DNA of 64,000 bases from Thermoplasmata archaeon (GTDB lineage Archaea; Thermoplasmatota; Thermoplasmata; Lutacidiplasmatales; UBA184). Where the stretch lies: NCBI GenBank assembly GCA_021828195.1, contig JAKASQ010000002.1:276245-340244 (forward strand). Direction: 5' to 3'. The notes beneath the pieces are model-generated. The model did no database searches. It was not told the origin of the DNA and was given only the letters and a program-made list of their open reading frames with translations. The position numbers and the translations under genes were made by a program. Positions 45,810-55,866 of this stretch are shown piece by piece (position 1 is the stretch's first letter; each line of letters opens with the position of its first letter).

Positions 45810-46513
45810 CGCGTGTTCGGCGGCCCCTTCGGGGAAGCGCGGTCCTGCTCTCGGGCGGCATGGACTCTGCGACGTGCCTCAGCCTGGCGGTCCAGGAATC
45901 CCCTCCGGTGCACGCCCTCACGGTCGTCTACGGTCAGCGCCACATGCGCGAGATCCGCTGCGCCCGGGCTCTCGCCCGGCACTACGGGATCGAGAAGCAC
46001 TCCGTGCTCGACATCCCGATCGGGCCGCTCCTCGACTCCGCCTTGACCGATCGTCGCCGGACGCTCCCTCGGGCCGGGACGAGAGGTCGAAGTGCCATCC
46101 CCTCGACATACGTCCCCGCCCGGAACACACTGCTGCTCGCGGTGGCTCTCGGTTATGCGGAGAGCCACCGGCTCGCGCGGATCTACCTCGGGGTGAACGC
46201 GGTCGATTACTCGGGCTACCCGGACTGTCGGCCGGAGTATCTCCGCGCGTTCGAGCGTCTCGCCCGGCTCGCCACCCGGGTGGGCGTTGAGGAGCACCGG
46301 TCGATCCACATCCGTGCGCCGCTCCTCCGAAAGTCCAAGGCCGACATCGTTCGCTGGGGGGAACGGCTCGGAGTCCCCTGGCGACTCACCTGGAGCTGCT
46401 ACGCGGGCGGCGCGGAACCCTGCGGGGTCTGCGACTCCTGCCGACTGCGCGCCCTTGGATTCCGGGAGGCTGGGGTGCGCGACCCCACCGTCCCTATGGG
46501 TCGAGCGGAGTGA
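45806..46513 (+). CDS. queC: 7-cyano-7-deazaguanine synthase
   Basis: PP-loop LLSGGMDSA and C-terminal zinc site CYAGGAEPCGVCDSC; no canonical start in frame, only CTG at 45806 overlapping the upstream stop. Confidence 0.75.
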   Translation: MTRVRRPLRGSAVLLSGGMDSATCLSLAVQESPPVHALTVVYGQRHMREIRCARALARHYGIEKHSVLDIPIGPLLDSALTDRRRTLPRAGTRGRSAIPSTYVPARNTLLLAVALGYAESHRLARIYLGVNAVDYSGYPDCRPEYLRAFERLARLATRVGVEEHRSIHIRAPLLRKSKADIVRWGERLGVPWRLTWSCYAGGAEPCGVCDSCRLRALGFREAGVRDPTVPMGRAE

Positions 46514-46916
46514 CCGTGGTTCCGCAGAACGCGCAGCGCTTCGCTCTGCGGTTGATCGTAGAGTAGCACTCGGGGCACTCCCGGGTCGTGGGCTTCGCCG
46601 CGGGGGCCCGGGCGGCCCGCCTACGCTCCATCCGCAACATCGGGTAGACGATGATCACGAAGACCACGCCGAGCACGATCAGGAAGTTGATCAGATCCTG
46701 GAAGAGGATCCCGAACGTGAAGGTACTTCCGCCCACCGTGACGTTCCCGACGTTGTTGAGATTCCCGTGGAAGACGAGTCCCACGGCGGGGCTGATCACG
46801 CTGCCGGTGATCCCGCCCACCACGGCCGTGACCGCGATGCCGACGACGATCCCCACGGCCATGTTGGCGAACGACGGGTTGCCGGCGAATTTCTTGAAGT
46901 CGGCCCACAGCCCCAT
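46494..46916 (-). CDS. mscL: Large-conductance mechanosensitive channel MscL with C-terminal zinc-ribbon extension
   Basis: MscL N-terminus and TM1/TM2 (MGLWADFKKFAGNPSFANMAVGIVVGIAV ... FLIVLGVVFVIIVYPM) followed by CPECYSTINRRAKRCAFCGTT. Confidence 0.8.
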   Translation of the reverse strand: MGLWADFKKFAGNPSFANMAVGIVVGIAVTAVVGGITGSVISPAVGLVFHGNLNNVGNVTVGGSTFTFGILFQDLINFLIVLGVVFVIIVYPMLRMERRRAARAPAAKPTTRECPECYSTINRRAKRCAFCGTTVTPLDP

Positions 46917-46994
46917 CGGATTCCTCGGGGGCCCGCCCCCTCCGCCGGACCCGAGGGCTGGATTATACACCCTTGGTTGTGACGCCGGGCTCGA

Positions 46995-48785
46995 TCACAT
47001 CGAGTCCAGCCGGGCGATGCCGAGGAGCTCGAGCGCGTTGCCGAGCGTCTGTCGGGTGGCGGCGACCAGGGCGAGCCGGCTCGGGCGATCCTCTCCCGAC
47101 GTGAGCACCGGCACGGCGTGGTAGAACCGGTTGAACTGATCGGCGAGCTCGTGGGCGTAGCCCGCGACGGAATGGACGTGACCGGTGCGCGCGACTTCGC
47201 GGACGACCCGCGGGAAGCGGGCCAAGATCCGGATGAGCGCCTGCTCCTCGACCCCGAGCAGCCGCTCGACCGAGTAGGTGCTTCCGGGGTGCGGCTCCTC
47301 CGAGCGCTCAAGGATGCTCGTCGCCCGCGCGAACGCGTACTGGATGAACGGGCCCGACCGGCCCTCGAAGGACAGCGCGTCCTCCCACTGGAAGATGACG
47401 GGTTTCTCCGGGGCGACCCGGACGATGTGGTAGCGGATGGCACCCGTGGCGACGGCTTCCGCGATCCGCTCCAGGTCGGCCCTTCCGAGGTCGGGTCGGC
47501 GGGCGACGACCTCAGCGCGAGCCCGTTGAACGGCCTCCTCGATGAGCTCGTGCAACCAGACCGCGGTCCCGCCTCGGGTCGACATCCGGCCCCCTCCGGG
47601 CACGGTGAGGTCCTGGTAGATTACGAACGTCGGACGTCGCGATTCGCCGATCTCGGCGAGGAGCGCATCGAGGGTCTTGGAGTGGAGCCGGTGATCCTGC
47701 CCGAGGACGTCGATCACGCGCTCGAAGCGGGCAAACTTGGACAGATGGTAGGCGATGTCCCGGGTGACGTAGAGGCTGGTGCCGTTGGCGCGGGTGTAGA
47801 CGACGGTCGCCGACTCCTTCGGGAGCCCGTACGCCGAGACATCGATCGCTCCGGCTCCGTTCGGTTGGCGGGCGGCATGGGGCGCTCGGTCCAATCGTTC
47901 GATCACCCCGTCGACCGAGTGATCGTGCAGGAAGGAGGACTCCCAGACGAACTCGTCGAACCGGATCCCGATCCGGTCCAGGCCCGCCAGCATTCCGGCG
48001 AGGATCTTCTCGATCAGCTCGCGGTGGAGCGGAGGAGGGGCTCCGGATTCGATCTGCTGGACGAGGGCCGCGACCTCGGCTTGGGCGTCGGGATGTTCCT
48101 TGAGGTACGCGCTCACGAATGGATACGGCCGTCCCAGCCGGGCGTCCTCGCTCATGCCCTCCGGGGGCGACGCGGCGGCTCCGACGGCAATCTCGACCGG
48201 CCACTCCGACGGCGGCTTCGACCAGATCCACGTGATCATCGCGGCCTGCCGTCCGAGATCGTCCACGTAGTACTGGGTCGTCAGCGGAGCGCCCGAGGCG
48301 CGCAAGACCCGAGCGAGCGTATCTCCCACGATGCCGTTGCGCACGCGGCCGATGTGCAACGGGCCGGTGGGATTCGCGCTCGTGTGCTCTACGCACGTCA
48401 TCGTGGAGGTCGGTTCACCGTGGCCGTAGCGCTCGGCGCGCGCGAACACCCGGGAGAGGGTCTCGGTCGCCAGGAGCGCGGGGTCCACCCGGAGGTTCAC
48501 GAAGGCGCCGGTGGAGGATACCGAGACGACCCCCGGGATCGGAGCGAGGTGCCCGACGAGCGATCCCGCGAACTCTTCGGGAACCTGCCGGAGGGTCTTC
48601 GCGAAGCGATGGGTCGGAAGCGCGATGTCGCCTTCCGCGCTCCCATCCAGATCGAGCATGGTCCGAAGTGCCTCGGGAGTGGTAGTGGCCCCGGCGTCAC
48701 GGCAGCCTTGGACGAGCCCGTCCACGATGCGGTCGAGCAGCGCCGACCACGGGTCGGGCGAGAGTTCGTTCGTCGGCGGTGACAT
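46995..48785 (-). CDS. argS: Arginyl-tRNA synthetase
   Basis: Class I HIGH-like PTGPLHIGRVRNG, anticodon-binding DALR domain, C-terminal Met. Confidence 0.9.
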   Translation of the reverse strand: MSPPTNELSPDPWSALLDRIVDGLVQGCRDAGATTTPEALRTMLDLDGSAEGDIALPTHRFAKTLRQVPEEFAGSLVGHLAPIPGVVSVSSTGAFVNLRVDPALLATETLSRVFARAERYGHGEPTSTMTCVEHTSANPTGPLHIGRVRNGIVGDTLARVLRASGAPLTTQYYVDDLGRQAAMITWIWSKPPSEWPVEIAVGAAASPPEGMSEDARLGRPYPFVSAYLKEHPDAQAEVAALVQQIESGAPPPLHRELIEKILAGMLAGLDRIGIRFDEFVWESSFLHDHSVDGVIERLDRAPHAARQPNGAGAIDVSAYGLPKESATVVYTRANGTSLYVTRDIAYHLSKFARFERVIDVLGQDHRLHSKTLDALLAEIGESRRPTFVIYQDLTVPGGGRMSTRGGTAVWLHELIEEAVQRARAEVVARRPDLGRADLERIAEAVATGAIRYHIVRVAPEKPVIFQWEDALSFEGRSGPFIQYAFARATSILERSEEPHPGSTYSVERLLGVEEQALIRILARFPRVVREVARTGHVHSVAGYAHELADQFNRFYHAVPVLTSGEDRPSRLALVAATRQTLGNALELLGIARLDSM

Positions 48786-48841
48786 TGCTTCGCGCTCGCG
48801 GGGAGAACGCTTTAGCGGAAGGTTCGCCTTAACGATTCTCC

Positions 48842-49741
48842 ATGGCGGGGCTTCTGCTCGTTCGGTACGGCGAGCTCGGCCTCAAATCTCCGCCGGTGCG
48901 CCGGCAGTTCGAGCGCCAGCTGCGCCGCAACGTGCTCGACCAGTTCGTTGCGGAGGGGATCACGGGGCGATTGCGCTCCGACCGGGGGCACCTCTACGTC
49001 GAGGTCGACGATCCGGCGCGCGCGCTCCGGGTGCTCCGTCGCGTCTTCGGAGTCACCAGCGCCAGCGTGGTACACGAGGTGCCGACGGAGCGCACCGTCA
49101 TCCGAGACCGTCTCCTTGAGCTCGCCGATCCGCTCCTGACCCCGGGCATCTCCTTCGCCGTGCGGGCGCGACGGACCGGAACCCATCCGTTCACCAGTCA
49201 GGAGCTCGCTCGAGACCTGGGCGCCGATCTCATCGATCGTTTCGGCGACCGAGGTCTCAAGGTGAACCTGGATCATCCCGAACTCGAGTTGTTCGTGGAG
49301 GTGCGCGGACCTCGGACCTATCTGTACCTCGGACGCGAATCCGGGCCCGGCGGACTTCCGTTGGGCGTTGCCGGCCACGTCGTCGCGCTCGTCGACGGTC
49401 CCCGAGGTGCGCTCGGAGCGTACCTTCTGATGAAGCGCGGCTGCCGAGCGGCGATCGTGGAGACCCCGTCGGGCGCGGAACCCGTCGAGCGCGTGCTCCG
49501 GGTCTTCGACCCCCACCTGCGCGTCGAGCGATCGGCCGCCGATCCGGGGTCCTGGGAGCCGGCGCTCGCCCGGCTCGCGGAGGAATCCGATGCCGATGGG
49601 GTGGTGTTGCCGATCGATGTGGCGGGGTACGTCCCGGCCCGCGAGCGCTGGGGCGAGCGCGTCCTGTTCTCGCCGACCGTGGGATGGACGGAAGGGGAGG
49701 TGGCGGATCGATGGGAGCGGATCACGGCACTCCTCGCGTGA
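48842..49741 (+). CDS. THUMP-domain ThiI-like protein with degenerate PP-loop
   Basis: N-terminal ferredoxin-like/THUMP region (LLLVRYGELGLKSPPVRRQFERQLRRNV) and C-terminal Rossmann-like domain where SGGxDS is replaced by LVDGPRGALG. Confidence 0.55.
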   Translation: MAGLLLVRYGELGLKSPPVRRQFERQLRRNVLDQFVAEGITGRLRSDRGHLYVEVDDPARALRVLRRVFGVTSASVVHEVPTERTVIRDRLLELADPLLTPGISFAVRARRTGTHPFTSQELARDLGADLIDRFGDRGLKVNLDHPELELFVEVRGPRTYLYLGRESGPGGLPLGVAGHVVALVDGPRGALGAYLLMKRGCRAAIVETPSGAEPVERVLRVFDPHLRVERSAADPGSWEPALARLAEESDADGVVLPIDVAGYVPARERWGERVLFSPTVGWTEGEVADRWERITALLA

Positions 49742-50046
49742 GTCAGCATCGCCTGGACGGCTCGCCGCCGAAGGATCCACCCTCCACCGGATCCCTTCCG
49801 GCGGAGCGAGCGCTTCTCGCCCCGAGCGCTCCCGGGGCCACCGAGTCGATGGCTCCCGGTGGGGATGACACGGCGCTCGTCGAGCGCCGCCGTCAATGGG
49901 CGATCGAACGAGCGCGTTTCGAAGCGGCCCATCCTCCGCCCCGAACCGAGGCGCCCGAGATCGACTGAGCGCGCGCCTCGGACCTCCGCAACACGATGGG
50001 CTAGCCTAATAGGCACCGAGGGTGGTCGATTCTCCACCCCCCTTCC

Positions 50047-50235
50047 ATGCCGATGTACACCATTTCGGGCCGGTTCTATGCGCGCCGGGACGACTGGCAA
50101 GTGTTCCACAAGCAGCACGACGCCCCCACGCCCGACCAGGCACGGGAGTGGGCGCTCAGCGAGATCGGAGGTTGCCATGGGATCCAGCGGCGGAACATCC
50201 GTATCGACACCATCGCCGAGGTACTGCCCGAATGA
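50047..50235 (+). CDS. rplX: Ribosomal protein LX (eL20 family)
   Basis: 62 aa, MPMYTISGRFYARRDDWQVFHKQ...LSEIGGCHGIQRRNIRIDTI matches archaeal LX; located before pfdA-ftsY as in many archaea. Confidence 0.75.
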   Translation: MPMYTISGRFYARRDDWQVFHKQHDAPTPDQAREWALSEIGGCHGIQRRNIRIDTIAEVLPE

Positions 50236-50708
50236 GCGCCGGGTCGCGCGAGGTCGTGACCGAGGAGCAGGTCCAAGAGGAGCTGATGCGCCTCGAGGCG
50301 TACCGCAACCAGCTCAACGCGCTCCTCCAGCAACACCAGCTGCTGGGCTCTTCGCGGATCGAGCACGACCGCGCCCGTGAGACGCTCGAGGCGCTCGACC
50401 GGCTGAGCACGGACAGCGAGATCGTCATCCCACTCGGCGGGGACGCCTACGTGCGCGGCAGTGCCGCGCGCGGCACCCAGGTCCTTCTCGGCATCGGCAG
50501 CGGGGTGGTCGTCGAGATGGAACGCCCTCAAGTCGTCGAGATCCTGGCCCAGCGACTCACCCGGATCGATCAGGCCGCCCAGGAGATGGGCGAGCAGATC
50601 CATACGCTCGAGGAGCGCGTCGAACTGATCTCGCAGCGCCTGGACTCGCTCTCTCGCGCACCGTCCCCCGCGGGTGGGACGGGAGCCTCCGATGTGGGCG
50701 GCGCTTAA
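50232..50708 (+). CDS. pfdA: Prefoldin alpha subunit
   Basis: Coiled-coil/beta-hairpin/coiled-coil layout; ATGA overlap with rplX stop. Confidence 0.8.
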   Translation: MSAGSREVVTEEQVQEELMRLEAYRNQLNALLQQHQLLGSSRIEHDRARETLEALDRLSTDSEIVIPLGGDAYVRGSAARGTQVLLGIGSGVVVEMERPQVVEILAQRLTRIDQAAQEMGEQIHTLEERVELISQRLDSLSRAPSPAGGTGASDVGGA

Positions 50709-51753
50709 GGCGCGCCTGCGACGCTCCGCCGGCCCGGACCCCTCGTCCGAGCCTGCGACCTTCGTGACTCCCCCCGGTCCCGAACCCTCGGGCTCGCCGG
50801 CGCATCCGAGCCGCCCCGGCCCTTCGGCTCCCGCGAGAGCCACCCCGTCCTCTGCGCCCCCTACGGAGGAGATGTTCTCGGAAGGAGTGCTCGGCCGGAG
50901 ACTGCGCGAGGCGACCTTGGACGAGATCTTCCAGGATCTCGAACTCGTTCTATTGCAGGCGGACGTTGCACTGCCCGTGATCGAGCGCATGGAGGCCGAT
51001 TTGCGCAAGGAGCTCACCGGGCGCAAGCTGCGCTGGGGAGTGGACGTCGAGATGGCCGTCCGGGGTTGTCTCGAACGGTCCGCGCGGGCGATCCTCGCCC
51101 AGCCGGCGATCGACGTGGCGGGCGCGGCCCGGGCGCAGGACCCGAAGCCGTACATCATTCTCTTCTTGGGGGTGAACGGGACCGGGAAGACGACCACGGT
51201 CGCGAAGATCGCGGGCTGGCTGCGCGAGCGAGGGCTCACGAGCGTGATCGCGGCCGGGGACACCTTCCGGGCCGGAGCGATCGACCAGCTGCTCATCCAC
51301 GGCGAAAACCTCGGCATCCGAGTGGTGCGTCAGCAGGAGGGCAGCGACCCGGCGGCGGTTGCGTTCGACGCCATCGCGCATGCCCGCGCGAAGAAGGTCG
51401 ATGTCGTCCTCATCGATACCGCCGGTCGCCAGAACACCAACGACAACCTGATCCAAGAGGCGAAGAAGATCCGCCGGATCGCGAACCCGAACCTCACTCT
51501 GTTCGTCGGGGACGCCCTCAGCGGTAACGATGTGGCCACGCAAGCCCAGCTGTTCAAGGAGGCGCTCGGCATCGATGGGATCGTCCTGACCAAGCTGGAC
51601 GCCGATGTCCGCGGCGGGGCGGCCCTCAGCGTCGCCTACGTCGTCCACAAGCCGATCGTGTTCGTGGGCGTCGGTCAGAGCTACTCGGATCTCGCCGCGT
51701 TCGACCCGGATTGGCTCGTGCGGCGCCTGTTCTCCGAGGAGGGAGCCGGGTGA
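50692..51753 (+). CDS. ftsY: Signal-recognition-particle receptor FtsY
   Basis: NG domain with GVNGTGKTTT, DTAGR, TKLD motifs. Confidence 0.9.
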   Translation: MWAALKARLRRSAGPDPSSEPATFVTPPGPEPSGSPAHPSRPGPSAPARATPSSAPPTEEMFSEGVLGRRLREATLDEIFQDLELVLLQADVALPVIERMEADLRKELTGRKLRWGVDVEMAVRGCLERSARAILAQPAIDVAGAARAQDPKPYIILFLGVNGTGKTTTVAKIAGWLRERGLTSVIAAGDTFRAGAIDQLLIHGENLGIRVVRQQEGSDPAAVAFDAIAHARAKKVDVVLIDTAGRQNTNDNLIQEAKKIRRIANPNLTLFVGDALSGNDVATQAQLFKEALGIDGIVLTKLDADVRGGAALSVAYVVHKPIVFVGVGQSYSDLAAFDPDWLVRRLFSEEGAG

Positions 51754-52478
51754 CGGCCCCGATCGATGTGGTCCTCGTCCGACCCAAAGAGGACGGCAAC
51801 GTCGGCGCGGTGGCCCGGGCCGCCAAGAACTTCGGCGCGGAGCGTCTCATCTTCGTCGCCCCACGCGCGAAGCTCGGAGTCGAGGCCCGTCGCCGGTCGA
51901 TGGCCGGTCTCCCGCTCCTGAAAGCCGCGCACACCTACTCCACGCTCGACAAGGCCGTGGCCAGCGCGGACCTCGTGGTCGGAACGACGGACCTGTCCAC
52001 CGGTCGGTCGACCGGCTACCTGCGCCGCTCGGTGAGCCCCGAGCGGTTGGGGGACGTTCTCGACTCCCTCGTGGGGCGCGTCGCGATCGTCTTCGGGCCC
52101 GAGGACAACGGCCTCTCCCGGGCGGAGCTCTTGAGATGCGATCTGCTCGTCCACATCCCCGCACGCCGCGAGTTCCCCACCCTCAACCTCTCCCACGCGG
52201 CCGCGATCGTGCTCTACGCGATGCATCGCTCGCGCCGCGGGCAGGCCTCCGAGAGCACGCCCGCTCCCGAGGAGCTCGAGATTAACGGCCCCGAGAAGGA
52301 GCTCCTCCTTCGGCGGCTCGGGGAGCTCATGGAGCGGACCGGCTACCCCGGGCACAAGCGACGGGGTTTAATCCTCCTCTTCCGTCGCGTCTTCGGCCGA
52401 GCCACCCCCACCGAGGCGGAATTCCGCATGATGCTCGGTTTCGTCAAGGGGGTGGAGCGGTCGCTTCCCCGAAAGTAG
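51750..52478 (+). CDS. SPOUT (SpoU/TrmH) family RNA 2'-O-methyltransferase, TrmJ-like
   Basis: VVLVRPKEDGNVGAVARAAKNFG and downstream SpoU motifs; GTG start overlapping ftsY stop (GTGA). Confidence 0.7.
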   Translation: MTAPIDVVLVRPKEDGNVGAVARAAKNFGAERLIFVAPRAKLGVEARRRSMAGLPLLKAAHTYSTLDKAVASADLVVGTTDLSTGRSTGYLRRSVSPERLGDVLDSLVGRVAIVFGPEDNGLSRAELLRCDLLVHIPARREFPTLNLSHAAAIVLYAMHRSRRGQASESTPAPEELEINGPEKELLLRRLGELMERTGYPGHKRRGLILLFRRVFGRATPTEAEFRMMLGFVKGVERSLPRK

Positions 52479-52479
52479 C

Positions 52480-52890
52480 ATGTCCGAGAACGTAGATTGG
52501 CTCCGGGCCCGCGGTATTGGCCGAGAACGCTTCGCCGGATACATCATCGAGTACCTGGGCACCCTCGGCTATACGATCGAGCGCACCGAGACCACCGAGC
52601 CGATGGAGAGCCACCTCACCGCCCACCTGAACAAACAGAATCCTTCGATCCCGCCGTCGGCGAGTGACCTCGTGTTCCGACTGTACCCAACGAGCGGCGG
52701 GGCCGCCCTGATCTGGGAGGCCCCTCGGGCCGTCGCCCCGGAGGACCGTGCCGGGATGGATCGGTTCGTCCGCGAGATCTCGCTGCACCTCGAGCGCTCA
52801 ATCGCGACCGAGAGCCACGCCACGGCGAAGGTCGTCCGGCCGGCCGAATCACGCCTCCCGTGGATCGCCCCCTCCGCCGCTCCTCCCTGA
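52480..52890 (+). CDS. Hypothetical protein
   Basis: 136-aa ORF starting 2 nt after the preceding gene; no family recognised. Confidence 0.35.
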   Translation: MSENVDWLRARGIGRERFAGYIIEYLGTLGYTIERTETTEPMESHLTAHLNKQNPSIPPSASDLVFRLYPTSGGAALIWEAPRAVAPEDRAGMDRFVREISLHLERSIATESHATAKVVRPAESRLPWIAPSAAPP

Positions 52891-52945
52891 GCCGCCATCG
52901 CGCGGACCCGGGCCCGACCCTCGGGATCACGGACGGACCACCGGC

Positions 52946-53884
52946 TCAATGCGCCCCGGGCTCGGACGCCGCTTCCGCGACGAGCCGGGCCTCTCCCGGC
53001 GGTCCGGGACTCCTTCGACCGAGCCCGACCACGAGCTGCACCCCGACCAAGATCAGGGCGAGGCCCGCGATGGTCCCTGGGCCGATGGGCTCTCCGAGCA
53101 ACAGGTGACCCCACAACACCCCGAAGATCGGCATCAAGAAAGTGACGCTGAGGGCCTGGGTCGGTCCGGCCACCTGGAGGATGTGGAAGTACAGCAGATA
53201 CGCCAACACCGTCGAGAGCAGGGCAAGACCGAGCATCGCTTCGACCGCGAGCGGCGTGAACCGAGCGCTCGGGACCTCGACGAGGGCGAAGGGAAGGAGC
53301 ATCGCTCCCGCCGCGAGCTGCTGGCCCATCGAGATGGTGATCGGCGGAACGTTACGGAACTCGCGGTGGAGATAGAGCGCCGCGATCCCGTAGGAGCCGG
53401 CCGCCAGGAGCGAGAGGACGACCGATATCAGGATCCCGGTCGTCAGCGGGAACGGAGCAACGCCCACCGCGATACCCACGCCGACGATTCCCAGGAGAAG
53501 GCCGAGGGAGGTGCGGCGAGAGAGCGCCGCGCTCAGGAAGGAGACCGCGAGAACGGTCGAGAAGATCGGTGCGGTGGAGTTGAGCAGCGCGGCGTACGAC
53601 GCGGGCAGCTCGAGCTCGCTGATCGCGATCAGTGTGAACGGGAGGGCTGCATTCAGCGCTCCGAGGATGAAGTAGGCCCTCCAGCGGCTTCGAAGATCGG
53701 GAAACCGCGTGCGCCACTGGCCCGATGCTGCGATGTAGGCCAGCACCACGCCGGCGGCGACGAGAACCCGAAGGTCGATGAGCAGTGCCGGCCCGAGGAG
53801 GGGGGAGGCGACTTGAATGAAGACGTAGGAAAGCCCCCAGATGGCGCTGAGCACGACAAGATAGACGTACTCCCGAGCGTGCAT
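52946..53884 (-). CDS. DMT-superfamily (EamA-like) transporter
   Basis: Ten hydrophobic segments in two EamA repeats; start taken at [11 protein letters not shown]. Confidence 0.8.
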   Translation of the reverse strand: MHAREYVYLVVLSAIWGLSYVFIQVASPLLGPALLIDLRVLVAAGVVLAYIAASGQWRTRFPDLRSRWRAYFILGALNAALPFTLIAISELELPASYAALLNSTAPIFSTVLAVSFLSAALSRRTSLGLLLGIVGVGIAVGVAPFPLTTGILISVVLSLLAAGSYGIAALYLHREFRNVPPITISMGQQLAAGAMLLPFALVEVPSARFTPLAVEAMLGLALLSTVLAYLLYFHILQVAGPTQALSVTFLMPIFGVLWGHLLLGEPIGPGTIAGLALILVGVQLVVGLGRRSPGPPGEARLVAEAASEPGAH

Positions 53885-54036
53885 CGTGGACTCGACGGTC
53901 GTCCGAGGGAGGGCGCTCGGTGGAAAGCGATTATCACACCGGACGGCTCGCCTCGCCGTCGGTCCCGATCCCGACAAGGAAGGGATCGGCGCGGGACCGT
54001 CCCTCTCCCGAAGACACCCCTTCGAGGATAAGTCAG

Positions 54037-54045
54037 TATTAAATA
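54037..54045 (+). promoter_or_regulatory. TATA-box-like element (TATTAAATA) upstream of thermosome gene
   Basis: Isolated AT-rich element ~55 nt upstream of the ATG, with GGAGG RBS at ~54078. Confidence 0.4.
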
Positions 54046-54100
54046 CAACCGCAATTCTACTTGATCGGACCACCTAGAGGATTCTCGGAGGAAAAAGTCG

Positions 54101-55783
54101 ATGATGTCTGGACAAACGCCGATTCTGGTGCTGCGGGAAGGAACGAAGCGAGAGAAGGGCCGGGGCGCCCTCGCGAACAACATCGCGGCGGCCAAGGCGA
54201 TTGCGGACTCCGTCCGCTCGACGCTCGGGCCGCGCGGTCTCGACAAGATGCTGGTCGATTCGATGGGCGACGTAGTCGTCACGAACGACGGTGTCACCAT
54301 CCTGAAGGAGATGGACGTCGAGCATCCGGCCGCGAAGATGCTGGTCGAGGTGGCCAAGACCCAGGACCAGGAAGCCGGGGACGGGACGACCACCGCGGTC
54401 GTGCTGACCGGAGAGCTCCTGAAGCGGGCCGAGGGCCTCATCGAGCAGGACATCCACCCCACGCTGATCAGCCAGGGCTACCGCCTGGCCTCGACCAAGG
54501 CGCTGGAGATCCTCAACCAGATCGGTCAGCCGATCAAGATCGAGGACCACGCGATGCTCGCCACGATCGCGACGACCGCGATGGCGTCGAAGGCCGTCTC
54601 CTTCAACCGCAACGCGCTCTCCGAGATCTCGGTGAACGCGGTGACCGCCGTAGCGGAGAAGAAGAGCGCGGGCTACTCGGTCGATCTCGACAACATCCAG
54701 CTGATCAAGAAGCAGGGAGGCGCGATGACCGACACCGAGCTCATCGAAGGGGTCATCGTGGACAAGGAGAAGGTGCACACGGGCATGCCGACGAGCGTCA
54801 AGAACCCGAAGATCGCCCTCCTCGATGCCGCCCTCGAGATCAAGAAGACCGAGATCGATGCCAAGATCGAGATCAACGAACCGTCGCAGCTCAACGCCTT
54901 CCTCCAAGAGGAGGAGAGCATGCTCCGCCGGATGGTCGACCAGGTCAAGAAGTCCGGTGCGAACGTCGTCTTCTGCCAGAAGGGGATCGACGACCTCGCG
55001 CAGCACTACCTCGCGAAGGAAGGGATTTACGCGGTCCGTCGCGTCAAGAAGTCCGATATGGAGAAGCTCTCGAAGGCGACGGGCGCGAACGTCGTGTCGA
55101 AGATCTCCGAGCTCGCGGCCGACGACGTCGGCACGGCCGGTCTAGTCGAGGAGCGCAAGATCGGAGACGACTCCCTCACGTTCGTGACGGGCTGCAAGAA
55201 GGCCCGCGCGGTGAGCATCCTGATCCGCGGCGGCACGGAGCACGTGCTTGATGAGATCGAGCGCTCGCTCGACGACGCGCTCAACGTGGTCGCGGTGGCC
55301 ATCGAGGACGGGAAGTACGTCTACGGCGGCGGGGCGACGGCCAGTGAGCTCGCGCTGCAGCTCCGGGACGAGGCTGCGAAGATCGGGGGCCGTGAACAGA
55401 TGGCCTACGAGAGCTTCGCGGAGTCGCTCGAGGCGATCCCACGCACCCTCGCCGAGAATGCCGGGCTCGATCCGATCGACATCCTGATCGAGCTGCGCAA
55501 GGCCCACAAGTCCGGCAACAAGCCGGCCGGGGTCAACGTTCACGCGGGCAAGGTCGACGACATGGGCAAGCTCCACATCATCGAGCCGATCCGGGTCGGG
55601 CGCCAGGCGATTCAGAGCGCCACGGATGCCGCGGTCATGATCCTGAGGATCGACGACGTCATCGCCTCCAAGTCGAGCCCCCCTCCCGCCGGTGGTGGCG
55701 GCGGTGGCGGCGGCATGGGTGGGATGGGCGGCATGGGCGGTATGGGTGGCATGGGCGGCATGGACGGCGGCGACTTCGACTAG
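54101..55783 (+). CDS. ths: Thermosome subunit (group II chaperonin)
   Basis: Full-length group II chaperonin incl. GDGTTT ATP motif and C-terminal GGM repeat tail. Confidence 0.95.
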   Translation: MMSGQTPILVLREGTKREKGRGALANNIAAAKAIADSVRSTLGPRGLDKMLVDSMGDVVVTNDGVTILKEMDVEHPAAKMLVEVAKTQDQEAGDGTTTAVVLTGELLKRAEGLIEQDIHPTLISQGYRLASTKALEILNQIGQPIKIEDHAMLATIATTAMASKAVSFNRNALSEISVNAVTAVAEKKSAGYSVDLDNIQLIKKQGGAMTDTELIEGVIVDKEKVHTGMPTSVKNPKIALLDAALEIKKTEIDAKIEINEPSQLNAFLQEEESMLRRMVDQVKKSGANVVFCQKGIDDLAQHYLAKEGIYAVRRVKKSDMEKLSKATGANVVSKISELAADDVGTAGLVEERKIGDDSLTFVTGCKKARAVSILIRGGTEHVLDEIERSLDDALNVVAVAIEDGKYVYGGGATASELALQLRDEAAKIGGREQMAYESFAESLEAIPRTLAENAGLDPIDILIELRKAHKSGNKPAGVNVHAGKVDDMGKLHIIEPIRVGRQAIQSATDAAVMILRIDDVIASKSSPPPAGGGGGGGGMGGMGGMGGMGGMGGMDGGDFD

Positions 55784-55866
55784 ATCGAAGACCGACCGTC
55801 CACCGAGCTTCAACATTTTCCGAACGGCCCCGGGGCGAACCCCGGGGTCGGACGTTTCTCAAACCG

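Noticed and set aside
49684-49968. 94-aa ORF between the ThiI-like gene and rplX
   Set aside because: Low-complexity G/P/A-rich N-terminus and no RBS. Likely the intergenic promoter region for rplX.
55690-55780. Tandem GGCATGGG(C/T) repeats
   Set aside because: These encode the C-terminal (GGM)n tail typical of thermosome subunits. Not a CRISPR array or non-coding repeat.
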